DNA of 64,000 bases from assembly GCF_947488985.1 (NCBI RefSeq), contig NZ_CANLBV010000008.1, positions 13,505 through 77,504 on the forward strand, written 5' to 3'. Shown in pieces: positions 1-9,090 of the stretch. Origin of the DNA: an uncultured Vibrio sp. (GTDB lineage: Bacteria; Pseudomonadota; Gammaproteobacteria; Enterobacterales; Vibrionaceae). The notes beneath the pieces are model-generated. The model saw only the letters and a program-made list of their open reading frames with translations. It did not search any database and was not told the origin of the DNA. The position numbers and the translations under genes are program-made. Numbering within the stretch: the stretch's first letter is position 1; the number at the start of each line of letters is the position of its first letter.

Positions 1-1
1 T

Positions 2-304
2 GCTGCAATCGAGGGCGCAGACAACAAGAACCTACGTACTATGGTTGATAACGCTAAAAACCAAGTGGGTAGCGGCATTATCCTGATTGCTAACGTAGCA
101 GACGGTAAAGTTGGCCTAATTGCGGGTGTAACCAAAGACCTTATCGGCAAAGTTAAAGCGGGTGACCTCGTTAAGATGGTTGCTGAACAAGTTGGTGGTA
201 AAGGCGGCGGTCGTCCAGATATGGCTCAAGCGGGTGGTACTGATGTTGAAGCACTACCAGAAGCGCTTAAATCTGTACGCACTTGGTTAGAAGAGCGTCT
301 TTAA
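2..304 (+). CDS. alaS: Alanine--tRNA ligase, C-terminal part (5' end lies before the window)
   Basis: Frame is open from base 2 ([16 protein letters not shown]...). C-Ala/DHHA1 motif [15 protein letters not shown]. Sits upstream of aspartate kinase-csrA as in other vibrios. Confidence 0.95.
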   Translation, partial: AAIEGADNKNLRTMVDNAKNQVGSGIILIANVADGKVGLIAGVTKDLIGKVKAGDLVKMVAEQVGGKGGGRPDMAQAGGTDVEALPEALKSVRTWLEERL

Positions 305-321
305 GCTTAAGTAATTGATAC

Positions 322-357
322 AAAGATGCCCAATCCGTCGATTGGGCATCTTTTATT
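322..357 (+). terminator. Intrinsic terminator after alaS
   Basis: AAAGATGCCCAATC-cgtc-GATTGGGCATCTTT stem followed by a T-rich tail. Confidence 0.8.
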
Positions 358-517
358 TTGCCTATTAGAAGAGTGTCTAAAAAGGTTTGATTGAGATTCA
401 CCAAGAAGTCTAATCGCAAGGTTAGACTCTTTGGTGAATTTTTTATTGCTTCGCTCTGATGCGGAGTATGTGTTTTTTTGTCATATACAGACATGGGTCT
501 TGGGAAGGTGGAGACGG

Positions 518-1705
518 GTGAAAATGCCTCTTATTGTGCAGAAATTTGGTGGAACGTCGGTGGGTTCGATAGAGCGAATCCATCATATCGCAGAGAAAAT
601 CATTGAAACGAAAAATGAAGGCAATCAAATTGTGGTTGTGGTTTCTGCGATGTCCGGAGAAACAAACCGCTTAGTTAACTTAGCCACTCAAATTGACAGC
701 GTACCAAACGCTCGAGAATTGGATGTACTGTTAACGGCTGGAGAGCAAGTTTCTATGTCGCTGTTGGCGATGACGTTACACAAGTTAGGTTATGAAGCGA
801 TATCGATGACAGGTCATCAGGCCAAAATTCACACCGATTCTAATCATAATAATGCGACGATTGAGCGTATTGATACCGCCCCAATTCAAGCTCTGCTCGA
901 TGACGGTAAAATAGTGATTGTCGCAGGTTTTCAAGGCTTTAATGCTAAAGGCGATATCACGACGTTAGGCCGAGGCGGCTCTGATACCACCGCGGTTGCG
1001 TTGGCGGGCGCACTTCAGGCTAAAGAGTGCCGCATCTATACGGATGTGGATGGCGTGTATACATGTGACCCGCGAGTTGTAAAACACTCGAAGAAATTAG
1101 ACACCTTAGACTTTCCGTCTATGGAAGAGATGGCACGCCGAGGCGCTAAGGTATTGCATCTGCCGTGTGTTCAATACGCATGGCAAAACAATGTACCGCT
1201 AAGGGTGCTTTCAAGTTTTGATGAAGGCGCGGGTACCTTGATTGTGGGTGATCAGTGTTTGAATGATATTACAGGTATCGCTATCCAAAGAGAGATGGTG
1301 CGTATTGAGTGTTTGAATGATGATTTGCCGTCTATTCTATCGCATTGCCAACTACTCGGGATCGAAGTCTGTAGTGTGACCGAGGAAACAGAATGGGCAG
1401 CACTCATTATTAAACAAGATATAAGTGCTAAATTAAAACTAGTTTTTGATGAAAAAATCCGTAATAGTGAACAGGTTAGTTTGTTAACTGTGGTAGGAAG
1501 CCGAACACAAGAAATTGTGGTCAGTTCACATGGATTGTTGTCTGAAGGCGAAATTGATGTGCAGCATCACTTACTGCAGCAGCAGTCTTTAACTTTGGTG
1601 GTATCACCAACACAAATCGATATGGCTGCTAATATATTACATAATACATACATCGTAGCGCGTGAAGCACAGGATTATCCTAAAAAAGAAGTGCATTTGG
1701 GTTAA
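518..1705 (+). CDS. lysC: Aspartate kinase (monofunctional, LysC-type)
   Basis: PLIVQKFGGTSVG, VVVVSAM, TTLGRGGSDTTA and DVDGVYT.DP motifs. Start is GTG518 or ATG524 after GGAG; the ORF-track start at 431 is too far upstream. Confidence 0.9.
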   Translation: MKMPLIVQKFGGTSVGSIERIHHIAEKIIETKNEGNQIVVVVSAMSGETNRLVNLATQIDSVPNARELDVLLTAGEQVSMSLLAMTLHKLGYEAISMTGHQAKIHTDSNHNNATIERIDTAPIQALLDDGKIVIVAGFQGFNAKGDITTLGRGGSDTTAVALAGALQAKECRIYTDVDGVYTCDPRVVKHSKKLDTLDFPSMEEMARRGAKVLHLPCVQYAWQNNVPLRVLSSFDEGAGTLIVGDQCLNDITGIAIQREMVRIECLNDDLPSILSHCQLLGIEVCSVTEETEWAALIIKQDISAKLKLVFDEKIRNSEQVSLLTVVGSRTQEIVVSSHGLLSEGEIDVQHHLLQQQSLTLVVSPTQIDMAANILHNTYIVAREAQDYPKKEVHLG

Positions 1706-1797
1706 ATAAGATCAATCGATAGTTTACGAAAATAGACCTTTTGTTGGATAATGCTCTCGTAGCTAGATAAATTTAGAGATGACTCAAGGAGCAAAGA

Positions 1798-1995
1798 ATG
1801 CTAATTTTGACTCGCCGTGTTGGCGAAACACTGATGATTGGTGATGAAGTAACAGTTACTGTACTTGGCGTTAAAGGTAACCAAGTACGTATTGGTGTTA
1901 ATGCACCTAAAGAAGTCTCTGTTCACCGTGAAGAGATCTACATGCGCATTCAAGCTGAAAAAGGTAATGGTAACGTTGCGCCTGGCAACTACTAA
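1798..1995 (+). CDS. csrA: Carbon storage regulator CsrA
   Basis: [48 protein letters not shown], the canonical CsrA sequence; SD AAGGAG. Confidence 0.99.
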   Translation: MLILTRRVGETLMIGDEVTVTVLGVKGNQVRIGVNAPKEVSVHREEIYMRIQAEKGNGNVAPGNY

Positions 1996-2012
1996 TACTT
2001 TTGCGTAGAGAA

Positions 2013-2040
2013 GAGGCTAGCATTGTTGCTAGCCTTTTTT
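2013..2040 (+). terminator. Intrinsic terminator after csrA
   Basis: AGGCTAGCA-ttgt-TGCTAGCCT followed by a T run. Confidence 0.85.
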
Positions 2041-2426
2041 GATCTTGGAGGAATAGAAACACGCATTGGGACATAGGTAGTTCGGATGGCTGGGCGCTCT
2101 TGAAGTGGCAACGTGAATGCTTTGTTGTGTTATGAGGTGTCGATAGGGGGCTTACAAGGATTACAATGTCTTCTGGTTGGCAAAGCTCAAGATTGTTTAG
2201 CTTCACCTATAGCGAAAATACGCATCCCGTAGTATTGTGCAACTAGCGGTAGCACTTGCTGCTGGATAATTTGGATAATTGTTTTCGCCTGTTTATTATT
2301 ACCAATCTTTGACCTTAATTTTTAAGGGAAAAAGCGCGATTTGAATGTTATAAGTTTAATTTGCAAGCGCTTTGCTTAAATAGCAAGCGATCGAGTGTTT
2401 TTATTCATTTTTTTTCAATAAAGTGT

Positions 2427-2454
2427 TTGACATATTTTCGGTAAAACGTAATAT
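2427..2454 (+). promoter_or_regulatory. Sigma70 stable-RNA promoter of the tRNA operon
   Basis: TTGACA-N16-TAATAT with an AT-rich UP-like region upstream and a GC-rich discriminator, 15 bp before tRNA-Ser. Confidence 0.75.
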
Positions 2455-2469
2455 GTGCCTCCGCAAGAC

Positions 2470-2562
2470 GGTGAGGTGGCCGAGAGGCCGAAGGCGCTCC
2501 CCTGCTAAGGGAGTATGTGGTTTGTAGCTGCATCGAGGGTTCGAATCCCTCCCTCACCGCCA
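2470..2562 (+). tRNA. tRNA-Ser(GCT)
   Basis: GGTGAGG...CCTCACC acceptor stem, anticodon loop CT-GCT-AA, long variable arm, GGTTCGAATCC T-loop, encoded CCA; 93 nt. Confidence 0.97.
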
Positions 2563-2605
2563 TTTCTTGCGAGTCTAAAGTTAGCAACTTAGGCAATGTA
2601 AATGT

Positions 2606-2682
2606 GCGCTCTTAGCTCAGCTGGATAGAGTACCTGGCTACGAACCAGGCGGTCGGAGGTTCGAATCCTCCAGAGCGCGCCA
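2606..2682 (+). tRNA. tRNA-Arg(ACG) copy 1 (GCGCTCT acceptor variant)
   Basis: 77 nt, CCTGG-CT-ACG-AA-CCAGG anticodon arm, T-loop, CCA. Confidence 0.97.
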
Positions 2683-2726
2683 TTCTCTCTGCTCTTACTT
2701 GTAAGTGTTGTGAGAATAATGAATTA

Positions 2727-2819
2727 GGTGAGGTGGCCGAGTGGCCGAAGGCGCTCCCCTGCTAAGGGAGTATGTGGTTTGTAGCTGCATCGAGGGTTCG
2801 AATCCCTCCCTCACCGCCA
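2727..2819 (+). tRNA. tRNA-Ser(GCT) copy 2
   Basis: Same as copy 1 except one D-loop base (GAGT vs GAGA). Confidence 0.97.
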
Positions 2820-2908
2820 TTCATTACAGGCCGATGGCCTTTTTTTTTCTTCGTAGCAAGAAGAGTGTGATATATTTCACAACTTCATTCCAAGTGAATG
2901 AACACCGT

Positions 2909-2985
2909 GCGTCCTTAGCTCAGCTGGATAGAGTACCTGGCTACGAACCAGGCGGTCGGAGGTTCGAATCCTCCAGGACGCGCCA
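2909..2985 (+). tRNA. tRNA-Arg(ACG) copy 2 (GCGTCCT variant)
   Basis: 77 nt, acceptor GCGTCCT/AGGACGC, ACG anticodon, CCA. Confidence 0.97.
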
Positions 2986-3054
2986 CTATTTAAGGGTTTA
3001 GTTCTTATGAGAATGAAAATCCTTGTGTTGACGAAAGTCGATACTAAAAACCGC

Positions 3055-3131
3055 GCGCTCTTAGCTCAGCTGGATAGAGTACCTGGCTACGAACCAGGCG
3101 GTCGGAGGTTCGAATCCTCCAGAGCGCGCCA
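3055..3131 (+). tRNA. tRNA-Arg(ACG) copy 3 (GCGCTCT)
   Basis: Identical to copy 1. Confidence 0.97.
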
Positions 3132-3210
3132 CTATTTTGGGTTTAGTTCTTATATGAATTTGAATCCTGATATTGATAAATCGTTAATCGAGACTTAATA
3201 TCAAAACCGT

Positions 3211-3287
3211 GCGTCCTTAGCTCAGCTGGATAGAGTACCTGGCTACGAACCAGGCGGTCGGAGGTTCGAATCCTCCAGGACGCGCCA
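3211..3287 (+). tRNA. tRNA-Arg(ACG) copy 4 (GCGTCCT)
   Basis: Identical to copy 2. Confidence 0.97.
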
Positions 3288-3369
3288 CTATTTACGGGCT
3301 TCATTCTTATAAGAATGAAATCCTTATATTGATATGTTGTTAGTAACAATGAATTGATATTAAAACCGC

Positions 3370-3446
3370 GCGCTCTTAGCTCAGCTGGATAGAGTACCTG
3401 GCTACGAACCAGGCGGTCGGAGGTTCGAATCCTCCAGAGCGCGCCA
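3370..3446 (+). tRNA. tRNA-Arg(ACG) copy 5 (GCGCTCT)
   Basis: Identical to copy 1. Confidence 0.97.
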
Positions 3447-3514
3447 TTATTTTGGGTTTAGTTCTTATGAGAATGAAAATCCTTGTGTTGACGAAAGTCG
3501 ATACTAAAAACCGC

Positions 3515-3591
3515 GCGCTCTTAGCTCAGCTGGATAGAGTACCTGGCTACGAACCAGGCGGTCGGAGGTTCGAATCCTCCAGAGCGCGCCA
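3515..3591 (+). tRNA. tRNA-Arg(ACG) copy 6 (GCGCTCT)
   Basis: Identical to copy 1. Confidence 0.97.
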
Positions 3592-3670
3592 CTATTTTGG
3601 GTTTAGTTCTTATATGAATTTGAATCCTGATATTGATAAATCGTTAATCGAGACTTAATATCAAAACCGT

Positions 3671-3747
3671 GCGTCCTTAGCTCAGCTGGATAGAGTACCT
3701 GGCTACGAACCAGGCGGTCGGAGGTTCGAATCCTCCAGGACGCGCCA
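3671..3747 (+). tRNA. tRNA-Arg(ACG) copy 7 (GCGTCCT)
   Basis: Identical to copy 2. Confidence 0.97.
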
Positions 3748-3829
3748 CTATTTATGGGCTTCATTCTTATAAGAATGAAATCCTTATATTGATATGTTGT
3801 TAGTAACAATGAATTGATATTAAAACCGC

Positions 3830-3906
3830 GCGCTCTTAGCTCAGCTGGATAGAGTACCTGGCTACGAACCAGGCGGTCGGAGGTTCGAATCCTCCAGAGC
3901 GCGCCA
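3830..3906 (+). tRNA. tRNA-Arg(ACG) copy 8 (GCGCTCT)
   Basis: Identical to copy 1. Confidence 0.97.
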
Positions 3907-3912
3907 CATTAT

Positions 3913-3943
3913 AAAAAGCCTCGTTTTTTACGAGGCTTTTTTT
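3913..3943 (+). terminator. Terminator of the tRNA operon
   Basis: AAAAAGCCTCGT-tttt-t-ACGAGGCTTTTTTT. Confidence 0.88.
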
Positions 3944-4184
3944 ATGTCTGGGGTTTTATTTTTGTGCTTTTTGTTACATTTCATTAACATTTAACTCGTT
4001 GTATTTTAAGTAATTCTCAAGTGAATTCTTATTATTCTACCTCTCTCATATCATTTCTAAGAAAACCCTCTTTTAAGTCGCAGTTTAAATGCCTAAAAAT
4101 GATGTCCTTAACAGATTTATGTGATCTGATAGGCGAATAATCAACCTTATGTGTGCGTTATCCGTAACAGAGCCTTAAACAAAA

Positions 4185-4212
4185 TTGACAAACTTTTAGC
4201 AATCGAGATAAT
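4185..4212 (+). promoter_or_regulatory. Putative sigma70 promoter of oadGAB
   Basis: TTGACA-N16-GATAAT about 70 bp upstream of the oadG start. Confidence 0.45.
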
Positions 4213-4280
4213 CCATGTGTCGGGATCACTATTCGCTGAAATCCTGTACATATGTCAGGATGACGAAGAAAGGAAACAAC

Positions 4281-4538
4281 ATGACTAATATTGGAAGCCT
4301 GCTAGGAGATGCGGCGACTCTTATGATAACGGGGATGTCCGTTGTCTTTATTTTTCTAACTATTCTAGTTTACCTCGTTCGGTTAATGTCAAAACTGGTA
4401 CCAGAAGAAGTACCCGAGCCGATCGCAGCACCTAAAAAAATTCAAAAATCACAATCAAACCCTTCAGCTGTTAGTCCACAGGTTGTGGCAGCAATTTCGA
4501 CGGCGGTTCATCAATACCGTACGTCTACTGCTAAGTAG
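4281..4538 (+). CDS. oadG: Oxaloacetate decarboxylase gamma subunit (Na+ pump)
   Basis: N-terminal TM helix (GMSVVFIFLTILVYLV), Pro/Ala linker, AAISTAVHQYR; SD AGGA before ATG4281. Confidence 0.93.
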   Translation: MTNIGSLLGDAATLMITGMSVVFIFLTILVYLVRLMSKLVPEEVPEPIAAPKKIQKSQSNPSAVSPQVVAAISTAVHQYRTSTAK

Positions 4539-4563
4539 CATTTAAAGGATTAAAAAGGAGTTT

Positions 4564-6354
4564 ATGAGCATGTCTAAACCACTAGCTATCACAGATGTGG
4601 TACTTCGTGACGCCCATCAGTCACTATTTGCTACTCGTATGCGTATCGAGGATATGCTGCCTATTGCTGCAGAGCTGGATAAAGTCGGTTACTGGTCATT
4701 AGAGACCTGGGGCGGTGCGACGTTCGATTCGTGTATCCGTTTCCTAGGCGAGGATCCGTGGGAGCGTTTGCGTGAGCTGAAAAAAGCCATGCCAAATACA
4801 CCAATGCAGATGCTACTTCGTGGTCAAAACCTATTGGGTTACCGCCACTACGCGGATGATGTCGTCGAAAAGTTTGTTGAACGTGCCCACAAGAACGGCA
4901 TGGATGTGTTTCGTATTTTTGATGCGATGAATGATGTACGTAACTTTGAAAAAGCTGTCAAAGCAACGATAGATGTGGGTGGTCATGCTCAAGGTACTTT
5001 ATCATATACGACCAGCCCAGTTCACAACTCAGATAACTGGGTTGACTTAGCGAAGCGCCTAGAGGATCTAGGTTGTCATTCTCTATGTATTAAAGACATG
5101 TCAGGTTTATTAAAGCCTTATGAAGCAGAAGAGTTAATTACACGTATCAAGGCATCGTGTGACGTTCCGCTAGCGCTGCATAGCCATGCAACAACGGGTC
5201 TATCGACAGCGACAGCCGTTAAAGCAGTAGAAGCGGGTATCGATATTCTAGATACGGCTATCTCTTCAATGAGCTGTACTTACGGCCATACGCCAACCGA
5301 AACGGTTGTCGCAATGTTAGAAGGTACAGATCGTGACACGAATCTTAAACTAGACCAAATCGCACCCATCGCGGCTTACTTTCGTGATGTACGTAAAAAG
5401 TACGCGAAATGGGAAGGTCAGCTAAAAGGTGTCGATTCTCGCATCTTGATCGCTCAAGTTCCTGGCGGCATGTTAACCAACATGGAAGGCCAGCTGAAAG
5501 AACAAGGCGCAGCCGATCGCATGGATGAAGTGCTTAAGGAGATCCCACGCGTACGTAAAGAGCTTGGTTACATTCCTTTGGTCACACCAACGTCTCAGAT
5601 TGTCGGTACTCAAGCGGTGATTAACGTTCTAACGGGTGAGCGCTACAAGAGCATCACCAAGGAGACGGCAGGCGTTCTTAAAGGAGAGTACGGTCAAGCT
5701 CCTGCTGAGGTTGATGCTGACCTGCAAGCGAAAGTTCTGGATGGTGCAGAGCCAATTACTTGTCGCCCTGCTGACTTGCTTAAGTCAGAAATGGATACGC
5801 TGACTACGGACCTTTTAGAGAAAGCGAAATCAGAAGGCATTTCTCTAGCTGAAGATACAGTTGATGATGTCCTGACTTACGCACTTTTCCCACAAGTGGG
5901 TCTTAAGTTCCTTAAGAACCGTCGTAACCCTGAAGCATTTGAACCAGCACCAACGGCAGAAGTTGCGACTCCTGTTGCTGCAGCGCCAACACCGGCTTCT
6001 GGTGGCATCGAAAGCTACAGCGTGAAGGTTGATGGTCAAGTTTACGATGTCGAGGTTGGCCCACAAGGTGAACTAACATCTGTTGCGCCATCAGCAAAAC
6101 CTGCACAAGCGGCTCAGGCTGCACCTGTAGCAGCTTCTGACGCTGAAGCGGTTCCTGCTCCATTGGCGGGTAACATCTTTAAAGTTAACGTTCAGGCGGG
6201 TGCTGAGGTTGCTGAAGGCGACGTTCTGCTTATCCTAGAAGCGATGAAGATGGAAACGGAAGTTCGTGCTGCTCGTGGTGGTATCGTTCAAGAACTGAAT
6301 GTTAAAGAAGGCGATGCAGTTACTGTAGGCGCTCCACTACTAAGCTTGGCGTAA
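4564..6354 (+). CDS. oadA: Oxaloacetate decarboxylase alpha subunit
   Basis: LRDAHQSL carboxyltransferase motif; C-terminal biotinyl domain with EAMKM. Confidence 0.97.
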   Translation: MSMSKPLAITDVVLRDAHQSLFATRMRIEDMLPIAAELDKVGYWSLETWGGATFDSCIRFLGEDPWERLRELKKAMPNTPMQMLLRGQNLLGYRHYADDVVEKFVERAHKNGMDVFRIFDAMNDVRNFEKAVKATIDVGGHAQGTLSYTTSPVHNSDNWVDLAKRLEDLGCHSLCIKDMSGLLKPYEAEELITRIKASCDVPLALHSHATTGLSTATAVKAVEAGIDILDTAISSMSCTYGHTPTETVVAMLEGTDRDTNLKLDQIAPIAAYFRDVRKKYAKWEGQLKGVDSRILIAQVPGGMLTNMEGQLKEQGAADRMDEVLKEIPRVRKELGYIPLVTPTSQIVGTQAVINVLTGERYKSITKETAGVLKGEYGQAPAEVDADLQAKVLDGAEPITCRPADLLKSEMDTLTTDLLEKAKSEGISLAEDTVDDVLTYALFPQVGLKFLKNRRNPEAFEPAPTAEVATPVAAAPTPASGGIESYSVKVDGQVYDVEVGPQGELTSVAPSAKPAQAAQAAPVAASDAEAVPAPLAGNIFKVNVQAGAEVAEGDVLLILEAMKMETEVRAARGGIVQELNVKEGDAVTVGAPLLSLA

Positions 6355-6363
6355 GGGAGTATC

Positions 6364-7494
6364 ATGGAAGGATTGATGACCTTATGGTCTGAAACAGGGA
6401 TTGCGAACTTTGAGTTCGGCCAGATCTGTATGATGTTGGTTGGTTGCTTATTATTGTTTTTGGCAATTCGTAAAGGATTTGAACCGTTACTTCTACTACC
6501 GATTGGTTTTGGTGCTGTATTAGCGAACATTCCAAATGCTGGGTTTACTGATCCAGGTGGCTTGCTGTACTACGTTTACTACATTGGTATTGAAACAGGT
6601 ATTTTCCCACTGCTGATCTTTATGGGTGTTGGTGCGATGACGGACTTCGGTGCGTTGATTGCGAACCCTAAAACATTGTGGCTAGGGGCTGCGGCTCAGT
6701 TTGGTATCTTCGCAACATTATTTGGCGCGATCTTGCTGAACTATGTTCCAGGAATGGAATTCTCGATGGCCGATGCTTCTTCTATTGCGATCATTGGTGG
6801 TGCCGATGGCCCAACTGCGATCTTCTTGGCGAGCAAGTTATCTCCGGATCTTTTAGGTGCAATTGCGGTAGCGGCGTATAGCTATATGGCATTGGTTCCT
6901 ATTATTCAACCGCCAATCATGAAGGCGTTAACGTCTCCTGAAGAGCGTAAGATTAAGATGGCTCAACTTCGTCACGTTAGTAAAGCAGAGAAGATCCTCT
7001 TCCCGCTTGCTGTACTACTGATGACGATTTTGTTCCTACCTTCAGCAACACCTCTGGTGGGGATGTTCTGTCTGGGTAACTTGATGCGTGAAGCGGGTGT
7101 GGTTGATCGCCTATCGAAAACAGCGCAAAACGAGCTTATTAACGTAGTGACGATTTTCCTTGGTCTCGGTGTTGGTTCTAAGCTTCAAGCAGATACTTTC
7201 TTGAACTTAGAGACACTGGGTATTCTTGGCTTAGGTGCGGTCGCGTTCAGTATTGGTACGGCGGGTGGTGTATTGATGGCGAAGGTTCTAAACCGCTTCT
7301 CGAAAGAGGACATCAACCCATTGATTGGTGCAGCTGGCGTATCAGCGGTTCCAATGGCGGCACGTGTTGTAAACAAGGTCGGTCTTGAGGCAAACCCTCA
7401 GAACTTCTTGTTGATGCATGCGATGGGCCCGAACGTAGCAGGTGTATTGGGTAGTGCGGTTGCGGCGGGTATTCTATTAGCACTAGTCGGTTAA
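6364..7494 (+). CDS. oadB: Oxaloacetate decarboxylase beta subunit
   Basis: Multi-TM protein with [11 protein letters not shown] and [11 protein letters not shown] motifs. Confidence 0.97.
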   Translation: MEGLMTLWSETGIANFEFGQICMMLVGCLLLFLAIRKGFEPLLLLPIGFGAVLANIPNAGFTDPGGLLYYVYYIGIETGIFPLLIFMGVGAMTDFGALIANPKTLWLGAAAQFGIFATLFGAILLNYVPGMEFSMADASSIAIIGGADGPTAIFLASKLSPDLLGAIAVAAYSYMALVPIIQPPIMKALTSPEERKIKMAQLRHVSKAEKILFPLAVLLMTILFLPSATPLVGMFCLGNLMREAGVVDRLSKTAQNELINVVTIFLGLGVGSKLQADTFLNLETLGILGLGAVAFSIGTAGGVLMAKVLNRFSKEDINPLIGAAGVSAVPMAARVVNKVGLEANPQNFLLMHAMGPNVAGVLGSAVAAGILLALVG

Positions 7495-7578
7495 TAGATT
7501 CACTGAGCGACATAACGTTAATTGGTCGTCAATTTACGAACGAGCGGTTAACTTAGCCTGATTAAATGGTTTATAGTC

Positions 7579-7606
7579 AAAGGGATGCTTTCGCATCCCT
7601 TTTTTT
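7579..7606 (+). terminator. Terminator after oadB
   Basis: AAAGGGATGC-tttc-GCATCCCTTTTTTT. Confidence 0.8.
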
Positions 7607-7659
7607 ATTCATTAAGACGCTGGCTCATACGGGCTGTTCTCAATCAAGGAAATGTGGAA

Positions 7660-8613
7660 ATGGAAAATAAACAGATCGCGATTACTCAATTCGGTGGTGT
7701 CGAAAACCTTAGCCTTCAAACCCGAGCAATTCCTGAGCCTAAGGTTGGAGAAGTGGTGGTCAAAGTTTCCTTTTCGGGCATTAACCCCATTGATGTTAAA
7801 ACCCGAGCCGGCCTTGGTTGGGCTGCGGCGCAGAATAAGGGCAACCTACCTTGGGTACCCGGCTATGATGTCTCTGGGCAAATTGTCACGTTAGGTGAAC
7901 AGGCTGAGCGTTTTCGCGTGGGCGATAAGGTGGCAGGCTTTATCGGCTTTCCACTGCAAGGCGGCGGGTACAGCCAATATGTGTGTGTACCTGAAGTAGC
8001 ATTAAGTAGGGTGCCTGATTCTGTCACCCTAGAAGCGGCAGCGGCATTGCCACTGGCTAGCCAAACGGCAGCACAAGCGCTCAATAAAGCTGAAGTGAAA
8101 GAGGGCGATCGCGTGCTTATCTTAGCGGGCGCGGGTGGTGTTGGTCACCTTGCGGTTCAAATCGCTGTGGCAGCCAAAGCTGAGGTTTACACCACTTGTA
8201 GCGAAGCGAATCTTGATTATTTAGCAACGTTAGGTGCGCATGCGATCAACTATCAATTTGCACCAGCCTCGGAACGCGTTTCTGATGTGGATGTGTTGAT
8301 TGATTTAGTCGGTGGTGACACGGCGCTTGATGCCTTGAAGTGCTTAAAAGATGGTGCAAGAGTAGTAACAGTCCCCACCTTATCAGCTGAATTGATCTGT
8401 GAAAAAGCCACGCTATTAGGCTTTACGGCTTCAGGCATGCTGGTTGAACCAAACCCTGAGCAAATGGACACCATGCTTTATATGGTGAGTGTTGGATTGC
8501 TTAAAACAGAAATTCAAGGTATCTACCCATTAGATGAAGCGCAGTCGGCGCATCTACAGGTTGAAACCGGACACACCAGAGGCAAGGTACTACTAAAAAT
8601 GCAAGAAGGCTGA
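7660..8613 (+). CDS. NADP-dependent quinone oxidoreductase (MDR/zeta-crystallin family)
   Basis: GINPIDVKTRAG, PGYDVSG, and the nucleotide-binding AGAGGVGH; start at ATG7660. Confidence 0.88.
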   Translation: MENKQIAITQFGGVENLSLQTRAIPEPKVGEVVVKVSFSGINPIDVKTRAGLGWAAAQNKGNLPWVPGYDVSGQIVTLGEQAERFRVGDKVAGFIGFPLQGGGYSQYVCVPEVALSRVPDSVTLEAAAALPLASQTAAQALNKAEVKEGDRVLILAGAGGVGHLAVQIAVAAKAEVYTTCSEANLDYLATLGAHAINYQFAPASERVSDVDVLIDLVGGDTALDALKCLKDGARVVTVPTLSAELICEKATLLGFTASGMLVEPNPEQMDTMLYMVSVGLLKTEIQGIYPLDEAQSAHLQVETGHTRGKVLLKMQEG

Positions 8614-8619
8614 TAGGCA

Positions 8620-9081
8620 GTGTTAGAGTTCTTTAATTCCCTGTTTGAACATATCGCACTGTGGTTTTCAGATTCAGCGCTATGGGTCCTTTTTATCAGT
8701 GGCTTCTTGAGTGCCACGCTATTACCCGGTGGATCTGAAGCCAGCCTTGTGGCGGCATTGAGCTTAGATCATTTTTCAACCTCATCGATCATTCTTGTGG
8801 CGACATTAGGTAACACCTTAGGCGGTCTAACCAATTATTGGATTGGTTTGTGGCTGCCTAATCGAACTCAATCAGAAAAGCATGGTCATAAGGCTATGGC
8901 TTGGCTGAGCCGTTATGGTTACTGGACGCTGCTATTTAGTTGGTTACCGATCATTGGTGATCCTCTGTGTCTCGCGGCGGGGTGGCTAAGAATGAAATTC
9001 ATCCCTAGCTTGATCTTGATAGCGATTGGCAAAGCCGCTCGCTACAGCTTACTTGCTGCTATCTACTTCGGTTTTTTCTAA
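8620..9081 (+). CDS. yqaA: YqaA-family (DedA/SNARE-associated-like) membrane protein
   Basis: FLSATLLPGGSE and SWLPIIGDPLCLAAGWLR motifs. Confidence 0.85.
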   Translation: MLEFFNSLFEHIALWFSDSALWVLFISGFLSATLLPGGSEASLVAALSLDHFSTSSIILVATLGNTLGGLTNYWIGLWLPNRTQSEKHGHKAMAWLSRYGYWTLLFSWLPIIGDPLCLAAGWLRMKFIPSLILIAIGKAARYSLLAAIYFGFF

Positions 9082-9090
9082 GGAGAACCT

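Larger units (their letters stand above)
2994..3906 (+). repeat. Direct tandem duplication with 460-bp period (2994-3446 and 3454-3906), each unit holding three tRNA-Arg genes plus spacers
   Basis: tRNA starts pair as 3055/3515, 3211/3671 and 3370/3830. Spacers are identical except one SNP (C3295/T3755). Confidence 0.92.

Noticed and set aside
2405-3809. ORFs of 63-86 aa overlapping the tRNA cluster
   Set aside because: They are chance reading frames through tRNA genes, repeated only because the tRNAs are repeated.
2606-3906. Regular 77-bp repeats with 70-80-bp spacers resembling a CRISPR array
   Set aside because: The repeats are complete tRNA-Arg genes with CCA ends, the spacers are themselves duplicated and homologous, and no cas genes are present.
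2470-3906. tRNA cluster as a genomic-island attachment site
   Set aside because: There is no integrase, no duplicated tRNA 3' fragment and no foreign genes after the terminator; oadG follows directly.
4119-4136. TGTGATCTGATAGGCG, a possible CRP site upstream of oadG
   Set aside because: Only one half-site matches, which is not enough to call.
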